Origin: a virus
Lineage: Duplodnaviria; Caudoviricetes
Reading direction: 5' to 3' (one strand)
IMG/VR virus record: IMGVR_UViG_3300010234_000031
Coordinates: 1 to 36,741 of that record
Length of the DNA: 36,741 nt
Shown here: piece after piece, positions 1 to 8,021 of the stretch
Numbering within the stretch: position 1 is the first letter of the stretch
Layout of the letters: every line of letters begins with the position of its first letter
Notes under the pieces: generated by a model
Told to the model about the DNA's origin: nothing
Database searches by the model: none
The model's input: the letters and a program-made list of their open reading frames with translations, nothing else
Position numbers and translations under genes: made by a program

Positions 1-1
1 A

Positions 2-175
2 CGCATGCTACCGGAAATCCTGCAATGGAAACGGAAGTGCCAACGGCTAGGACCGGAGGCGCCTTTCGAGTGCGTAGAAATCGGGGACGATATAGCGGAC
101 GTTATCCGGACCAGATTGCAACGGGGTGAACCCGTATCCGCCGCATTTGCGCCGCCCTACGATCTGTCTTTTTAG
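2..175 (+). CDS. Portal protein, C-terminal part (continues the ORF at 35541-36741 across the circular junction)
   Basis: Frame 2 reads RMLPEILQWKRKCQRLG...APPYDLSF*. Merging the terminal 'AC' gives ...GCC ACG GAA CGC ATG CTA, in frame with the portal. Confidence 0.75.
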   Translation, partial: RMLPEILQWKRKCQRLGPEAPFECVEIGDDIADVIRTRLQRGEPVSAAFAPPYDLSF

Positions 176-963
176 AAGCCCCGTCCGTAGAGCGCAAGCG
201 AAACGGGGCCGAAGCCAAGGCGCTATTTGACGCGGAAGAATACGCGGCGGAGTTCAACGACAAACTAGACGAAGCGATAAGCCGACACGTAGGCGCTATC
301 CGGTCCGTACTGGCCGCACAATTCGCGGAGGCGGCCGAAGACATAGAGAGCGGAGGCGTGGGCGCCTTTGACAGAGAGGCGCTTACAGAGCCGCTACGGA
401 GCTTGTGGGAGGACGTAGCCCCGGAGTTTGCCGCGTGGATCTACGAAGAGATTACGACACGGACGAAGAGCGCCACGAAAGACGGAGAAGAGGAAGACGA
501 ATCCAAGTGGCAAGAAGCCATAGCGGCGTACCTTCTTACCGTGCTGGTATCCAAGACCACGCAAATAAACGAGACCACGGCGCGCATAATAAACGCGGCG
601 CGGCTGGACGCACTAGGCGAAGGGCTTACCGTAGCGGCCGTAGCCGGCGCCGTACGGGCCGCGTGGGATTCTATTAGCACATGGCGGCCGGAAGGAATCG
701 CGGACACGGAGGCGCACGGAGCGGCTAATACGGGAGCGTGGGCCGGCGGTAGAGCTACGGGCCAGCCGATAGAGAAAACGTGGAACGCCGTAATGGACAA
801 GCGCACGCGGCCTTGGCATGCAGACGCCAACGGGCAGACCGTGGCGGAGGGCGAAAATTTCGTAGTCGGCGGCGAGCAATTACGATGGCCGGGGGATACA
901 AGCCAAGGCGCCGGGCCGCATAACATAGTACGTTGCCGGTGCGTGGTTCAGTGGAGCGCTTGA
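169..963 (+). CDS. MuF/SPP1 gp7-like minor head (head morphogenesis) protein. Annotated start GTG 358, but the frame is open from 130.
   Basis: Motifs IADTEAHGAAN, KTWNAVMDKRTRPWH, ANGQTV, F.VGGE.LRWPGD, NIVRCRC; position directly after portal. Confidence 0.85.
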   Translation, partial: FLEAPSVERKRNGAEAKALFDAEEYAAEFNDKLDEAISRHVGAIRSVLAAQFAEAAEDIESGGVGAFDREALTEPLRSLWEDVAPEFAAWIYEEITTRTKSATKDGEEEDESKWQEAIAAYLLTVLVSKTTQINETTARIINAARLDALGEGLTVAAVAGAVRAAWDSISTWRPEGIADTEAHGAANTGAWAGGRATGQPIEKTWNAVMDKRTRPWHADANGQTVAEGENFVVGGEQLRWPGDTSQGAGPHNIVRCRCVVQWSA

Positions 964-989
964 CATTCCGGCCGGCAGTGCGTAAAAAT

Positions 990-1089
990 AGGACGGCCGA
1001 TAGATCGAACGCTATCGGCTGTCTTGTTTCGTTTGTGTGAGTGAGAATGTAGCGCCCGGCTAGTATCGCAACTGGCCGGGCGCTTTTAT
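990..1089 (+). ncRNA. Candidate structured small RNA or 3'UTR element: hairpin, U/G-rich linker, intrinsic terminator
   Basis: 14-bp stems at 990-1003/1012-1025 and 1051-1064/1071-1084 followed by TTTAT. The non-Watson-Crick pairs are G.U only on the + strand. Confidence 0.4.
1051..1089 (+). terminator. Rho-independent terminator of the terL-portal-MuF transcript
   Basis: AGCGCCCGGCTAGT-atcgca-ACTGGCCGGGCGCT-TTTAT. Confidence 0.75.
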
Positions 1090-1092
1090 CGT

Positions 1093-1473
1093 TTAGTGCC
1101 AGACGATTGTAACGGCGTCTATGGATGGCGTTTGCCCAAGGCCGGACGTATGAAACGACATGTACGTATTGGCCGGCGCGATTCGGAGAAGAGCGGCAAC
1201 ACGGGCGGTAGGCACGCGGAAGCCGGAAACGGTCCAGCCGCAACCGTCTTGCGGACGGCCAACATTAAAGCCGGGTCCGCTTCCCCAAGACGTAAGCTCT
1301 ACCATTACGTCCGCTACTTGCGCCTTAGAGAGACCTTGGATAGATACTTGAACCTTGGGGCCGAGCGGCGTTTCGTTATCGAATTGCGCGGATTCGCCAC
1401 TGGCGCCGGAGTGCTTGCGGACATAGTGGGCGCGGAAGTGGACGGGCGAGAAGAGACCGGAGATAGTAGGCAT
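1093..1473 (-). CDS. Hypothetical protein (126 aa), the only sizeable reverse-strand gene
   Basis: ATG preceded by ACGAAACA, as in other early genes; downstream of promoter P1. Confidence 0.65.
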   Translation of the reverse strand: MPTISGLFSPVHFRAHYVRKHSGASGESAQFDNETPLGPKVQVSIQGLSKAQVADVMVELTSWGSGPGFNVGRPQDGCGWTVSGFRVPTARVAALLRIAPANTYMSFHTSGLGQTPSIDAVTIVWH

Positions 1474-1485
1474 TGTTTCGTAGGT

Positions 1486-1566
1486 CTAAAGGGTTTCGGC
1501 TATGGTCTGCGCTATGCGGATTAGCATAAAGAGCTTGTCCGAAAAGAGTATGGAGGCGAGAGGCAT
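1486..1566 (-). CDS. Putative 26-aa peptide MPLASILFSDKLFMLIRIAQTIAETL
   Basis: First ATG after promoter P1; fills the gap to the 126-aa gene; below the ORF track cutoff. Confidence 0.35.
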   Translation of the reverse strand: MPLASILFSDKLFMLIRIAQTIAETL

Positions 1567-1569
1567 AGG

Positions 1570-1633
1570 ACCGTTTGCGTTGCTTGTTGCAATACTACAA
1601 CACGGCGCACCATACTGTCAACAGGTTGCAACA
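1570..1633 (-). promoter_or_regulatory. Early promoter cassette P1
   Basis: Minus strand: GTTGCAacctg-TTGACA-18 nt-TAGTAT; GTTGTA-N4-TGCAAC over the -10; ACAAGCAA leader. Confidence 0.8.
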
Positions 1634-1687
1634 AAAAAGACGAAATAAATCTTGTGTGGATTAGTGGACAAGTGCGTTGATAACCAT

Positions 1688-1778
1688 ACGACGGTAAAAA
1701 CGACGCACGAACGGCGGCGCATGCGACGGTGAAACGCGAAGAGAGAAGAAGAAGAAAGAAGAAGTAATAGAAGAAAGG
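1688..1778 (+). repeat. Intergenic iteron array plus purine tract (origin-like copy A)
   Basis: RCGACGG-type units at 1688, 1700, 1711, 1723, then ACGCGAAGAG at 1734 and a GAA-rich tract; same layout as 22409-22503. Confidence 0.75.
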
Positions 1779-1846
1779 TGTAGGCGCCGGCGGTTTGCGA
1801 TAGTCAAGCACTCCGGGTACATTTGGGAGAACCTATACCGGGAGCA

Positions 1847-4063
1847 ATGAAGCCAGAACCAAAGACCGTCGTAAATATCTACCTATCCCCGCAAGGATCG
1901 GAAGACGAAACGAAGGCAGAGCCGAAGGGCCGGCCGCTAACGTTCAAGACGGAAGCCGGCGCCGTACTCCCTACGCTGGTGGCTACCGGCGGCGCTATCA
2001 AAGTGCTTGGCAAGACCAAGGACGGAGACACGCGGATAGGCGGCCATATCCTTCTATTCTCGGATGAGGGTTCTCCGGACTTGTGGGGGGACTACTTCAC
2101 GAAGGCCACGCACTACGGGCCGCACAAGACCTTGCCGCTATACTGGCAACACGGCTTCGACTCCAAGATGGGCACGCGCCAGATTGGCGAAATGTCTTGG
2201 GACGTAGACGAAGCCGGCCTATGGGCCGAAGGCATTATGGCGGAGCGGGACGCGTACAGCGCGAGAATCCTGCAAATGATCGAAGACGGAGAGCTAGGCT
2301 ACAGCACTGGCGCCGTAGGCCACCTAGTCCGGGACAAGATGGGACCGACCGGGAAGGCTTGGGAAATTACGGAGTGGGTACTAGGCGAAGTATCGCTAAC
2401 GCACACGCCGGCAGAGCCGCGCACAAGCGCGCTGGTGGACCCCAAAAGTTTCGCTATCAAGACGTTAGACAATCCAGTTTCGGAGCTACACGGAGCGACC
2501 AAGGCCAAAGAGGACGCCACGAAGGCGCCGGCACCGGACGCGGCGGAAGGCAACGGAGCGCATGAACCAAAGACAAAACCAGTTATGACACCCGAAGAAT
2601 TGGCCGCACTGTCCGCCGCGACAGACGCCAACACGAAGGCCGTTGAAGGTTTGGCGTCGGCAGTTACTACGCTCGTAGAGAGCCAGACCGCCGCCGCAGA
2701 AGCCGCCAAGGCCGCCGCAGTAAAGACCACCGCCCCGGACGTAATCACGGCGCCCGGAATCATTACGGATACTTCCGATTGGAAATATGACGCAATGAAG
2801 GCGGACGAAATCGCTATAATGTGCATGTTCCTGAACGCATGCGCGGACCAAGGGCTTAAAAGCGCCAGTGGCCGCCGTGCGGAACGTCCATCCGACCAAG
2901 CCTACCGCGCCATAGGCCGCCGGCTTCTGTCTAGCGAAGTGAAAGAATCTCCGCACTTGATCCCGGCACGCCGAGCCTACAAGAAGTTCTTATGGGATGT
3001 TCAGCAGAAGAACCCGGCTTTCCGTTCGGATGAAGTAATGTACTCCACGCTAGCCGGCTTCGGCGACGAGTGGATTGGCGCCGCCTATTCGGGCGCACTT
3101 TGGGAGAGCATCCGGACAGAAGCCACGCTGGCCTCGCGGTTCCCGTCGTTTGCGTTCCCGGCCGGATCGGATTCCTTTACGGAGCCGTACGATACTTCGG
3201 ACCCGACTTGGTATAAGGTGGCGGAAGCTAACGATATCGCCACGAATCCGGGCACGCCGATTACGCATACGGTCCCCGCTAGCCAGCGCGGAACGGCGAA
3301 AATGACGCACAGCCTAGCCAAGCTCGGCGCGCGCGTAGCGTACTCCGGTGAGCTTGTAGAGGATGCGCTTATTCCTTTCGTGGCCGATCTGGCTAAGAGC
3401 TTGAAGGTATCGGGCGCCGAAATCGTGGATGCCGCGATTATCAACGGTGACGATACGCTGACGGGCACGACGAATATCAACGAGATCGACGGTACGCCGG
3501 CGGCTACGGATTGGTATACCGCGTGGGACGGCCTCCGTTATAACGCTCTTATCGCTAACAGCGCGGCCAACGCGCGGGACGGCGGATCGCTTTCCGTGGA
3601 TGATTACCTAGATACGATGTTCCTTATGGGCACCGTGGGTAAGCACTCCCGGAATAAGGCGAAGTGCGCGTTTATTACGGACCCGACTACCCACAAGGCT
3701 TCCTTGAAGCTGGCGGAAGTAAAGACGCGGGACGTATTCACGGGCGCCACGGTGGAAGGCGGCGATCTGAAAAACGTTTGGGGCTACGAGGTTATCGTAT
3801 CGGACCAAATGTGCCTGACCGCCGATAACCGCCTTTCGAACGCGGCCGGTAAAGTGGACGTAGGTACGCAAGGCAACAACACGAAGGGATCTATTCTCGG
3901 CGTGCGCTTCGACCAGTGGAAGCTCGGTACACGCCGCGCCTTCACGGTAGAGGCGGACCGCGTGCCACAGGCAGACGCTACGGAGCTTGTAGCCATGATG
4001 CGCCTTTCGTTTACGCCGAGGGATACAGAGGCTTCGGCCATTTCGTATAACTTGACCGTATAG
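1847..4063 (+). CDS. Fused HK97-type prohead protease + major capsid protein
   Basis: N-terminal protease motifs (GDYF, LYWQH, DEAGLWAEG, LGYSTG, EVSLTHTPAEPRT); C-terminal HK97-like capsid (KLGARVAYSGELVEDA, DAAIINGD, VWGYEVIVSD); followed by a terminator. Confidence 0.9.
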   Translation: MKPEPKTVVNIYLSPQGSEDETKAEPKGRPLTFKTEAGAVLPTLVATGGAIKVLGKTKDGDTRIGGHILLFSDEGSPDLWGDYFTKATHYGPHKTLPLYWQHGFDSKMGTRQIGEMSWDVDEAGLWAEGIMAERDAYSARILQMIEDGELGYSTGAVGHLVRDKMGPTGKAWEITEWVLGEVSLTHTPAEPRTSALVDPKSFAIKTLDNPVSELHGATKAKEDATKAPAPDAAEGNGAHEPKTKPVMTPEELAALSAATDANTKAVEGLASAVTTLVESQTAAAEAAKAAAVKTTAPDVITAPGIITDTSDWKYDAMKADEIAIMCMFLNACADQGLKSASGRRAERPSDQAYRAIGRRLLSSEVKESPHLIPARRAYKKFLWDVQQKNPAFRSDEVMYSTLAGFGDEWIGAAYSGALWESIRTEATLASRFPSFAFPAGSDSFTEPYDTSDPTWYKVAEANDIATNPGTPITHTVPASQRGTAKMTHSLAKLGARVAYSGELVEDALIPFVADLAKSLKVSGAEIVDAAIINGDDTLTGTTNINEIDGTPAATDWYTAWDGLRYNALIANSAANARDGGSLSVDDYLDTMFLMGTVGKHSRNKAKCAFITDPTTHKASLKLAEVKTRDVFTGATVEGGDLKNVWGYEVIVSDQMCLTADNRLSNAAGKVDVGTQGNNTKGSILGVRFDQWKLGTRRAFTVEADRVPQADATELVAMMRLSFTPRDTEASAISYNLTV

Positions 4064-4079
4064 GCGAAACCGCTAAAGG

Positions 4080-4108
4080 TTGACAATAGGCGCCCCGGTG
4101 GATACACT
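4080..4108 (+). promoter_or_regulatory. Sigma70-like promoter overlapping the capsid terminator
   Basis: TTGACA (4080-4085), 17 nt, TACACT (4103-4108). Confidence 0.5.
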
Positions 4109-4127
4109 GCCGGGGCGCTTTTTATTT
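4088..4127 (+). terminator. Rho-independent terminator after capsid gene
   Basis: GGCGCCCCGGT-loop-GCCGGGGCGCT followed by TTTTATTT. Confidence 0.8.
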
Positions 4128-4182
4128 ACTCAATTCGCCAGACCCGGCGCTGCGCGGCCGGCGAGGCAATAGGGACAGAACA

Positions 4183-4707
4183 ATGCCACAGAAGACATTT
4201 ATTCCCCGCAAGGGAGAAGACGCGGATTTCGCAAACGTTACGGCCAGTGGAACGGTAGACGCTACGGGGCTTGTTACGGCAAACGCCGGCATAGCCACGC
4301 CGGCCGTTAGCGGCGTAACGACCGTAGGGCCGCTAGTCAAGCTAGAGGAAACGGTAGCCTTTGACGATTTCACGGATGGCGGCGCCGCAGTGGGTACTTT
4401 CGACCTTACGGTAGGAACGATCCCGGCCGGCGCTACCGTGCTGGCGGCGGCTATTACAGCCGTAACCGGGTTCGCCGGGGATACATCCGCAACTATGACC
4501 ATCGGAGACGGGACAGACGCCGACCGATACAATACCGGAACGCCTAACGTCTTCGCCACGGCGGCGGCTGGCGTAGACGCGGGAGCGGTTAGCGGGACGG
4601 CCTACCACGCGGCGGCCAAGACGGTTAAATTAACCGTGACAACAAACGCCGACTTTACCAGCGTTTCAGCCGGTAGCGTTACGGTGGAATTGACCTACAT
4701 AACCTAG
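4183..4707 (+). CDS. Probable head decoration/cement protein
   Basis: Ala/Gly/Thr-rich beta-type protein directly after capsid, with its own terminator. Confidence 0.6.
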   Translation: MPQKTFIPRKGEDADFANVTASGTVDATGLVTANAGIATPAVSGVTTVGPLVKLEETVAFDDFTDGGAAVGTFDLTVGTIPAGATVLAAAITAVTGFAGDTSATMTIGDGTDADRYNTGTPNVFATAAAGVDAGAVSGTAYHAAAKTVKLTVTTNADFTSVSAGSVTVELTYIT

Positions 4708-4734
4708 ACCGCCCACCACGGTTAGAGGTTAGAA

Positions 4735-4769
4735 GAGGCCGGCGCTTTCGAAAGAGGCGCCGGCCTTTT
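4735..4769 (+). terminator. Rho-independent terminator
   Basis: AGGCCGGCGCTTTC-GAAA-GAGGCGCCGGCCT-TTT. Confidence 0.8.
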
Positions 4770-4806
4770 ACATTAGGGGAAAGACCGACAACTAAAAGGC
4801 GAAGCC

Positions 4807-5031
4807 ATGCGGATCAAGTTTACCGAAGGGTACCGTGGAGTAAAGACGGGAGAGACCTACTACGCGCCGGGCACGGTAGCGGACCTAGAGCCGGACGTAG
4901 CCAAGCATATTATTAGCTTGGGCAAGGCGAAGAACGCAGGACGCGCGCCAGCGCCAGAGACAGCCACGGCCGACGAAGCGAAGCCAGCGCCAAAGAGACG
5001 CCGGGCACGTAGGGCCAAGACAACCGAATAG
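4807..5031 (+). CDS. Small head-region protein with basic tail (74 aa)
   Basis: Typical position between capsid and head-tail connector; CGAAGCCATG start context. Confidence 0.7.
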   Translation: MRIKFTEGYRGVKTGETYYAPGTVADLEPDVAKHIISLGKAKNAGRAPAPETATADEAKPAPKRRRARRAKTTE

Positions 5032-5033
5032 CC

Positions 5034-5606
5034 ATGCACATTACGCGCGGCGCGCCGGCGGCCCAAGCCGTTACCACGGCGGAAGCCAAGACGCATTTGC
5101 AGGTAGACCATAGCGCGGACGATACCTACATAGACACGCTGGTAGAGGCGGCGGTAGGCTTCGTAGAGGACATGACCGGGCTGGCGCTGGTGAACAAAAC
5201 CATTACGGTTCTACTGGACGCTAGGGACGTACGCGGCGAAGACTTCACCCTACCGGAATCTCCGCTATCTGGAAGCATTACTAGCTTCCAGTATTACGAC
5301 ACGGACGGAAATCTGAACACGGTAGATTCTACGCTATACTACGTGGCCGGGACTACGCCGGCTACCGTCGTACGGCAGAACGGCGGATGGACAGCCTACC
5401 GAAAAGTGGCGGCCTTTAAGCTCGTCTACACGGCCGGCTACGGAGCGGATGGAACGAGCGTGCCTACGCGTCTACTGTCCGCCGTAAAGAAGCTGGTAGA
5501 GGATCTGTACGCCATGCCGGGCACGGACTACGCCGGCACTGGACTACTGGACAAGGCAAGCCCTAAAGTGCTGGACATGCTGGCGCCATTCCGGAGGCTA
5601 GTCTAA
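5034..5606 (+). CDS. Head-tail connector (HK97 gp6/phiE125 gp8-like)
   Basis: VTTAEAKTHLQVD...DDTYIDTLVEAA, YTAGYG, VPTRL, LAPFR motifs. Confidence 0.88.
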   Translation: MHITRGAPAAQAVTTAEAKTHLQVDHSADDTYIDTLVEAAVGFVEDMTGLALVNKTITVLLDARDVRGEDFTLPESPLSGSITSFQYYDTDGNLNTVDSTLYYVAGTTPATVVRQNGGWTAYRKVAAFKLVYTAGYGADGTSVPTRLLSAVKKLVEDLYAMPGTDYAGTGLLDKASPKVLDMLAPFRRLV

Positions 5607-5968
5607 TGCCAAAACCACGGGTAGGAAGGTTGCGGGAACGGTGGATAATCAAGGCCGCCACGAACAGCGTAAACGCGGACTTCGAAAACGTCCCTACGCC
5701 TTCCACCGTGGCGACGGTTTCTGGTAACTCGGAACCAGCAAGTAGCTACACCGGGCGCATAGCCGAAACGATCCGGGCCACCACGGAACGCGTATTGCGT
5801 ATCCGGGATAACTCGGACCTAGATGGACTCGGCGGCGGCCGGGCGCTTCGGGACTCGGACTACCTTGTAGACGAAGACGGCAACGAGTGGGCCATAGATG
5901 GCATAGACCGGCACCGCCGGGAACGCATGCTAACGGTCTACATAAAGCGCACGGCTACCGTGTCCTAG
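5606..5968 (+). CDS. Head closure/stopper (SPP1 gp16-like)
   Basis: N-terminal GRLRER motif, size and synteny. Confidence 0.7.
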   Translation: MPKPRVGRLRERWIIKAATNSVNADFENVPTPSTVATVSGNSEPASSYTGRIAETIRATTERVLRIRDNSDLDGLGGGRALRDSDYLVDEDGNEWAIDGIDRHRRERMLTVYIKRTATVS

Positions 5969-6418
5969 ATGGCAGAGAAGAACGTACTAGAGTTCCGGAT
6001 AGATGACGCGGATCTACGTACGGCCGTAGCCGCGATAGACGTTTGGAGCATAACCGCCAGAGCGCGCGTGAGTACGGCCGTATGGGACTCCGCCGGCCGG
6101 ATACAGAAAGGGGCGCGCGCGAACGCCAGACGCCGTAGCGGCAACCTAGCGGCGTCCATACGGCGCCAGAAGGTAGGAGACTACGGGGCCGAAGTGGGGA
6201 CCAACGTATTTTACGCCAAGTACGTAGAGCTAGGGACGAAGCCGCACACGATAGCGGCGCGCCGGGCGAAGTTTCTACGTTTCGAAGTAAACGGGGAAGT
6301 AATATTCCGGCGCAAGGTTCGCCATCCGGGCACCAAGCCTATGCCGTGTCTATTTCCGGCGGCGGAGGCGGATCGGCTTCGGTTTAACCAAGGTATGCGA
6401 GAGGCTATACGAAGATGA
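5969..6418 (+). CDS. HK97 gp10-family tail completion protein
   Basis: SGNLAASI, VGTNVFYAKYVELGT, HPGTKPMPCLFPA. Confidence 0.88.
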   Translation: MAEKNVLEFRIDDADLRTAVAAIDVWSITARARVSTAVWDSAGRIQKGARANARRRSGNLAASIRRQKVGDYGAEVGTNVFYAKYVELGTKPHTIAARRAKFLRFEVNGEVIFRRKVRHPGTKPMPCLFPAAEADRLRFNQGMREAIRR

Positions 6419-6837
6419 AAGACGGACGCACGGCGTTAAAGCAAGCATGCGGCGCCAAGATGGCGGCGGCCATTCTAGCGGATGGCACTTACACCGGAAG
6501 CCGGCGAGTGCTGGTAGAGCCGGTCCCCGGCGAGACGCTACCCTACGTGGTAATCGACGGGACCACGGTAATACCGTTTAGCACGAAGAACGTAGAGGGC
6601 GGCAACTACACGCAAGCATGCCGGGCCATCGGCGGAACCAGAGCCGAAGCCGAAGCGCTGGCCGCCATATGCGTAGAGACCCTAACGGACCGGAGCGCGC
6701 CGCTAGATCCCGGATCAGATTTCGTCTTGTCGCTGGCTACGCTGGACTTCGGCGGAGAGGCGGAGGCGTCCAACGTGAACGAAGAGGACTACTATACCGT
6801 GCCATTTCGGGTACGGTTCATGTTACAGGAAGCATAA
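6415..6837 (+). CDS. Tail terminator (DUF3168-like)
   Basis: LPYVVI motif, size, position after gp10. Confidence 0.7.
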   Translation: MKDGRTALKQACGAKMAAAILADGTYTGSRRVLVEPVPGETLPYVVIDGTTVIPFSTKNVEGGNYTQACRAIGGTRAEAEALAAICVETLTDRSAPLDPGSDFVLSLATLDFGGEAEASNVNEEDYYTVPFRVRFMLQEA

Positions 6838-6843
6838 CCGACT

Positions 6844-7551
6844 ATGCAGATTGCAATTCTAACCTGCCTTTGGAAGCGCCACGATCTAGAGCGCTTGTCC
6901 CTACGATGGAATAGAGACGCGCTGGCACGGGCCGGCTTCACGGTAACGCCGCTAGCCGTAGGGAGCGAAGGGAAGGCCAGCAAGGCCGTAGCCGAGAGCG
7001 CGGGATACAACTACCTAGAGGCGCCGAACGAGCCGCTATCCGACAAGCATAACGCCGGGATGGCGTGGCTGGAAGACCGCAAGGTTACGTGGGATGCGGT
7101 AATGATTCTAGGCTCCGATAACTTCGTATCGACCAGCTACGGCCGGCACGTAAAGACGCGGCTAGAGAGAGGCGACCAAGCTATAAGAGCGCGCGGGATC
7201 TATTTCTACGAGCCGGGCGGAGAGCTATTCTACGCTAGGGGATGCAGGACCGGAGCCGGCACCACGATTAGCCGGGCGCTAGCCGGCGGCGTGCGTTACA
7301 GATTTTGGGACGATGGCCTAGACAAAGGCTTAGACGCTAGCATTTACCGGCGTGTCTTGCAAAAGGCGGCGCCGTGCGATATTGTGTACGACCTACCGCG
7401 TAGAGGCGTTGCAATTCTGGACGTAAAGACGGACGTAAACGTAACGACTTGGACGGATGTAAAAGAGCGGTTCAGAATCGCGCCGGTTCCGGCTCCGGCC
7501 TTTTTCGGACAGCATTTCAGAAAGCTAAAACCAGCACTAGACGAGCTATAA
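6844..7551 (+). CDS. GT-A fold glycosyltransferase-like protein 1
   Basis: IAILTCLWKR start, KHNAG, VMILGSDNF (DxD-like position), GLDAS. Confidence 0.7.
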   Translation: MQIAILTCLWKRHDLERLSLRWNRDALARAGFTVTPLAVGSEGKASKAVAESAGYNYLEAPNEPLSDKHNAGMAWLEDRKVTWDAVMILGSDNFVSTSYGRHVKTRLERGDQAIRARGIYFYEPGGELFYARGCRTGAGTTISRALAGGVRYRFWDDGLDKGLDASIYRRVLQKAAPCDIVYDLPRRGVAILDVKTDVNVTTWTDVKERFRIAPVPAPAFFGQHFRKLKPALDEL

Positions 7552-7555
7552 AGTT

Positions 7556-8002
7556 ATGCCGGCAGATAATGGACGGAAATACCTAGGCTACTTCGGGACC
7601 ACGGCGCCAACAGTAGCGCACGATTCCGGGGACGCCAACTACGACCTATGCGGTCTTATGACCGACAAGGCCGTGCAGAGTGCGCGCGCCGCACTGGAAA
7701 CCAGTACGAAAGACGATGGCGACGAATCGACCTTCATCGGCGGCCGTCGTAATTCAACCATAAACGGTACGGCCTATTTCGATCGTACAGAAGACACGGG
7801 GCAAGCCGTTCTGCAAGCCGCCTTCGAATCGGCAACCGGAATAATCTATTTCCTCATTACGACGGATACGGCCGGAGACGAAGAGTTCTACGGGTCCGGC
7901 GTTCTGACCAGTAAGAATATCTCGTTCCCGGACGAGAGCATTATGCAACTGGACTTCTCCATACAGGTTAGCGGCGCGCTGAACCAAGGCGCAGTAACCT
8001 AA
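7556..8002 (+). CDS. Major tail tube protein (TP901-1-like)
   Basis: ETSTKDD...FIGGRRNSTING, FYGSGVLTS, FSIQVSGAL. Confidence 0.85.
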   Translation: MPADNGRKYLGYFGTTAPTVAHDSGDANYDLCGLMTDKAVQSARAALETSTKDDGDESTFIGGRRNSTINGTAYFDRTEDTGQAVLQAAFESATGIIYFLITTDTAGDEEFYGSGVLTSKNISFPDESIMQLDFSIQVSGALNQGAVT

Positions 8003-8021
8003 ACCAACAGGTAAAACCGAC

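Noticed and set aside
960-990. Strong promoter for the candidate sRNA
   Set aside because: TTGACA is perfect but the -10 (TAAAAA) lacks the last T and the start would fall inside the first hairpin, so it is not listed as a feature
1521-1811. 96-aa minus-strand ORF with an F/L-rich 'TM' segment
   Set aside because: It is the complement of the GAA purine tract and crosses promoter P1
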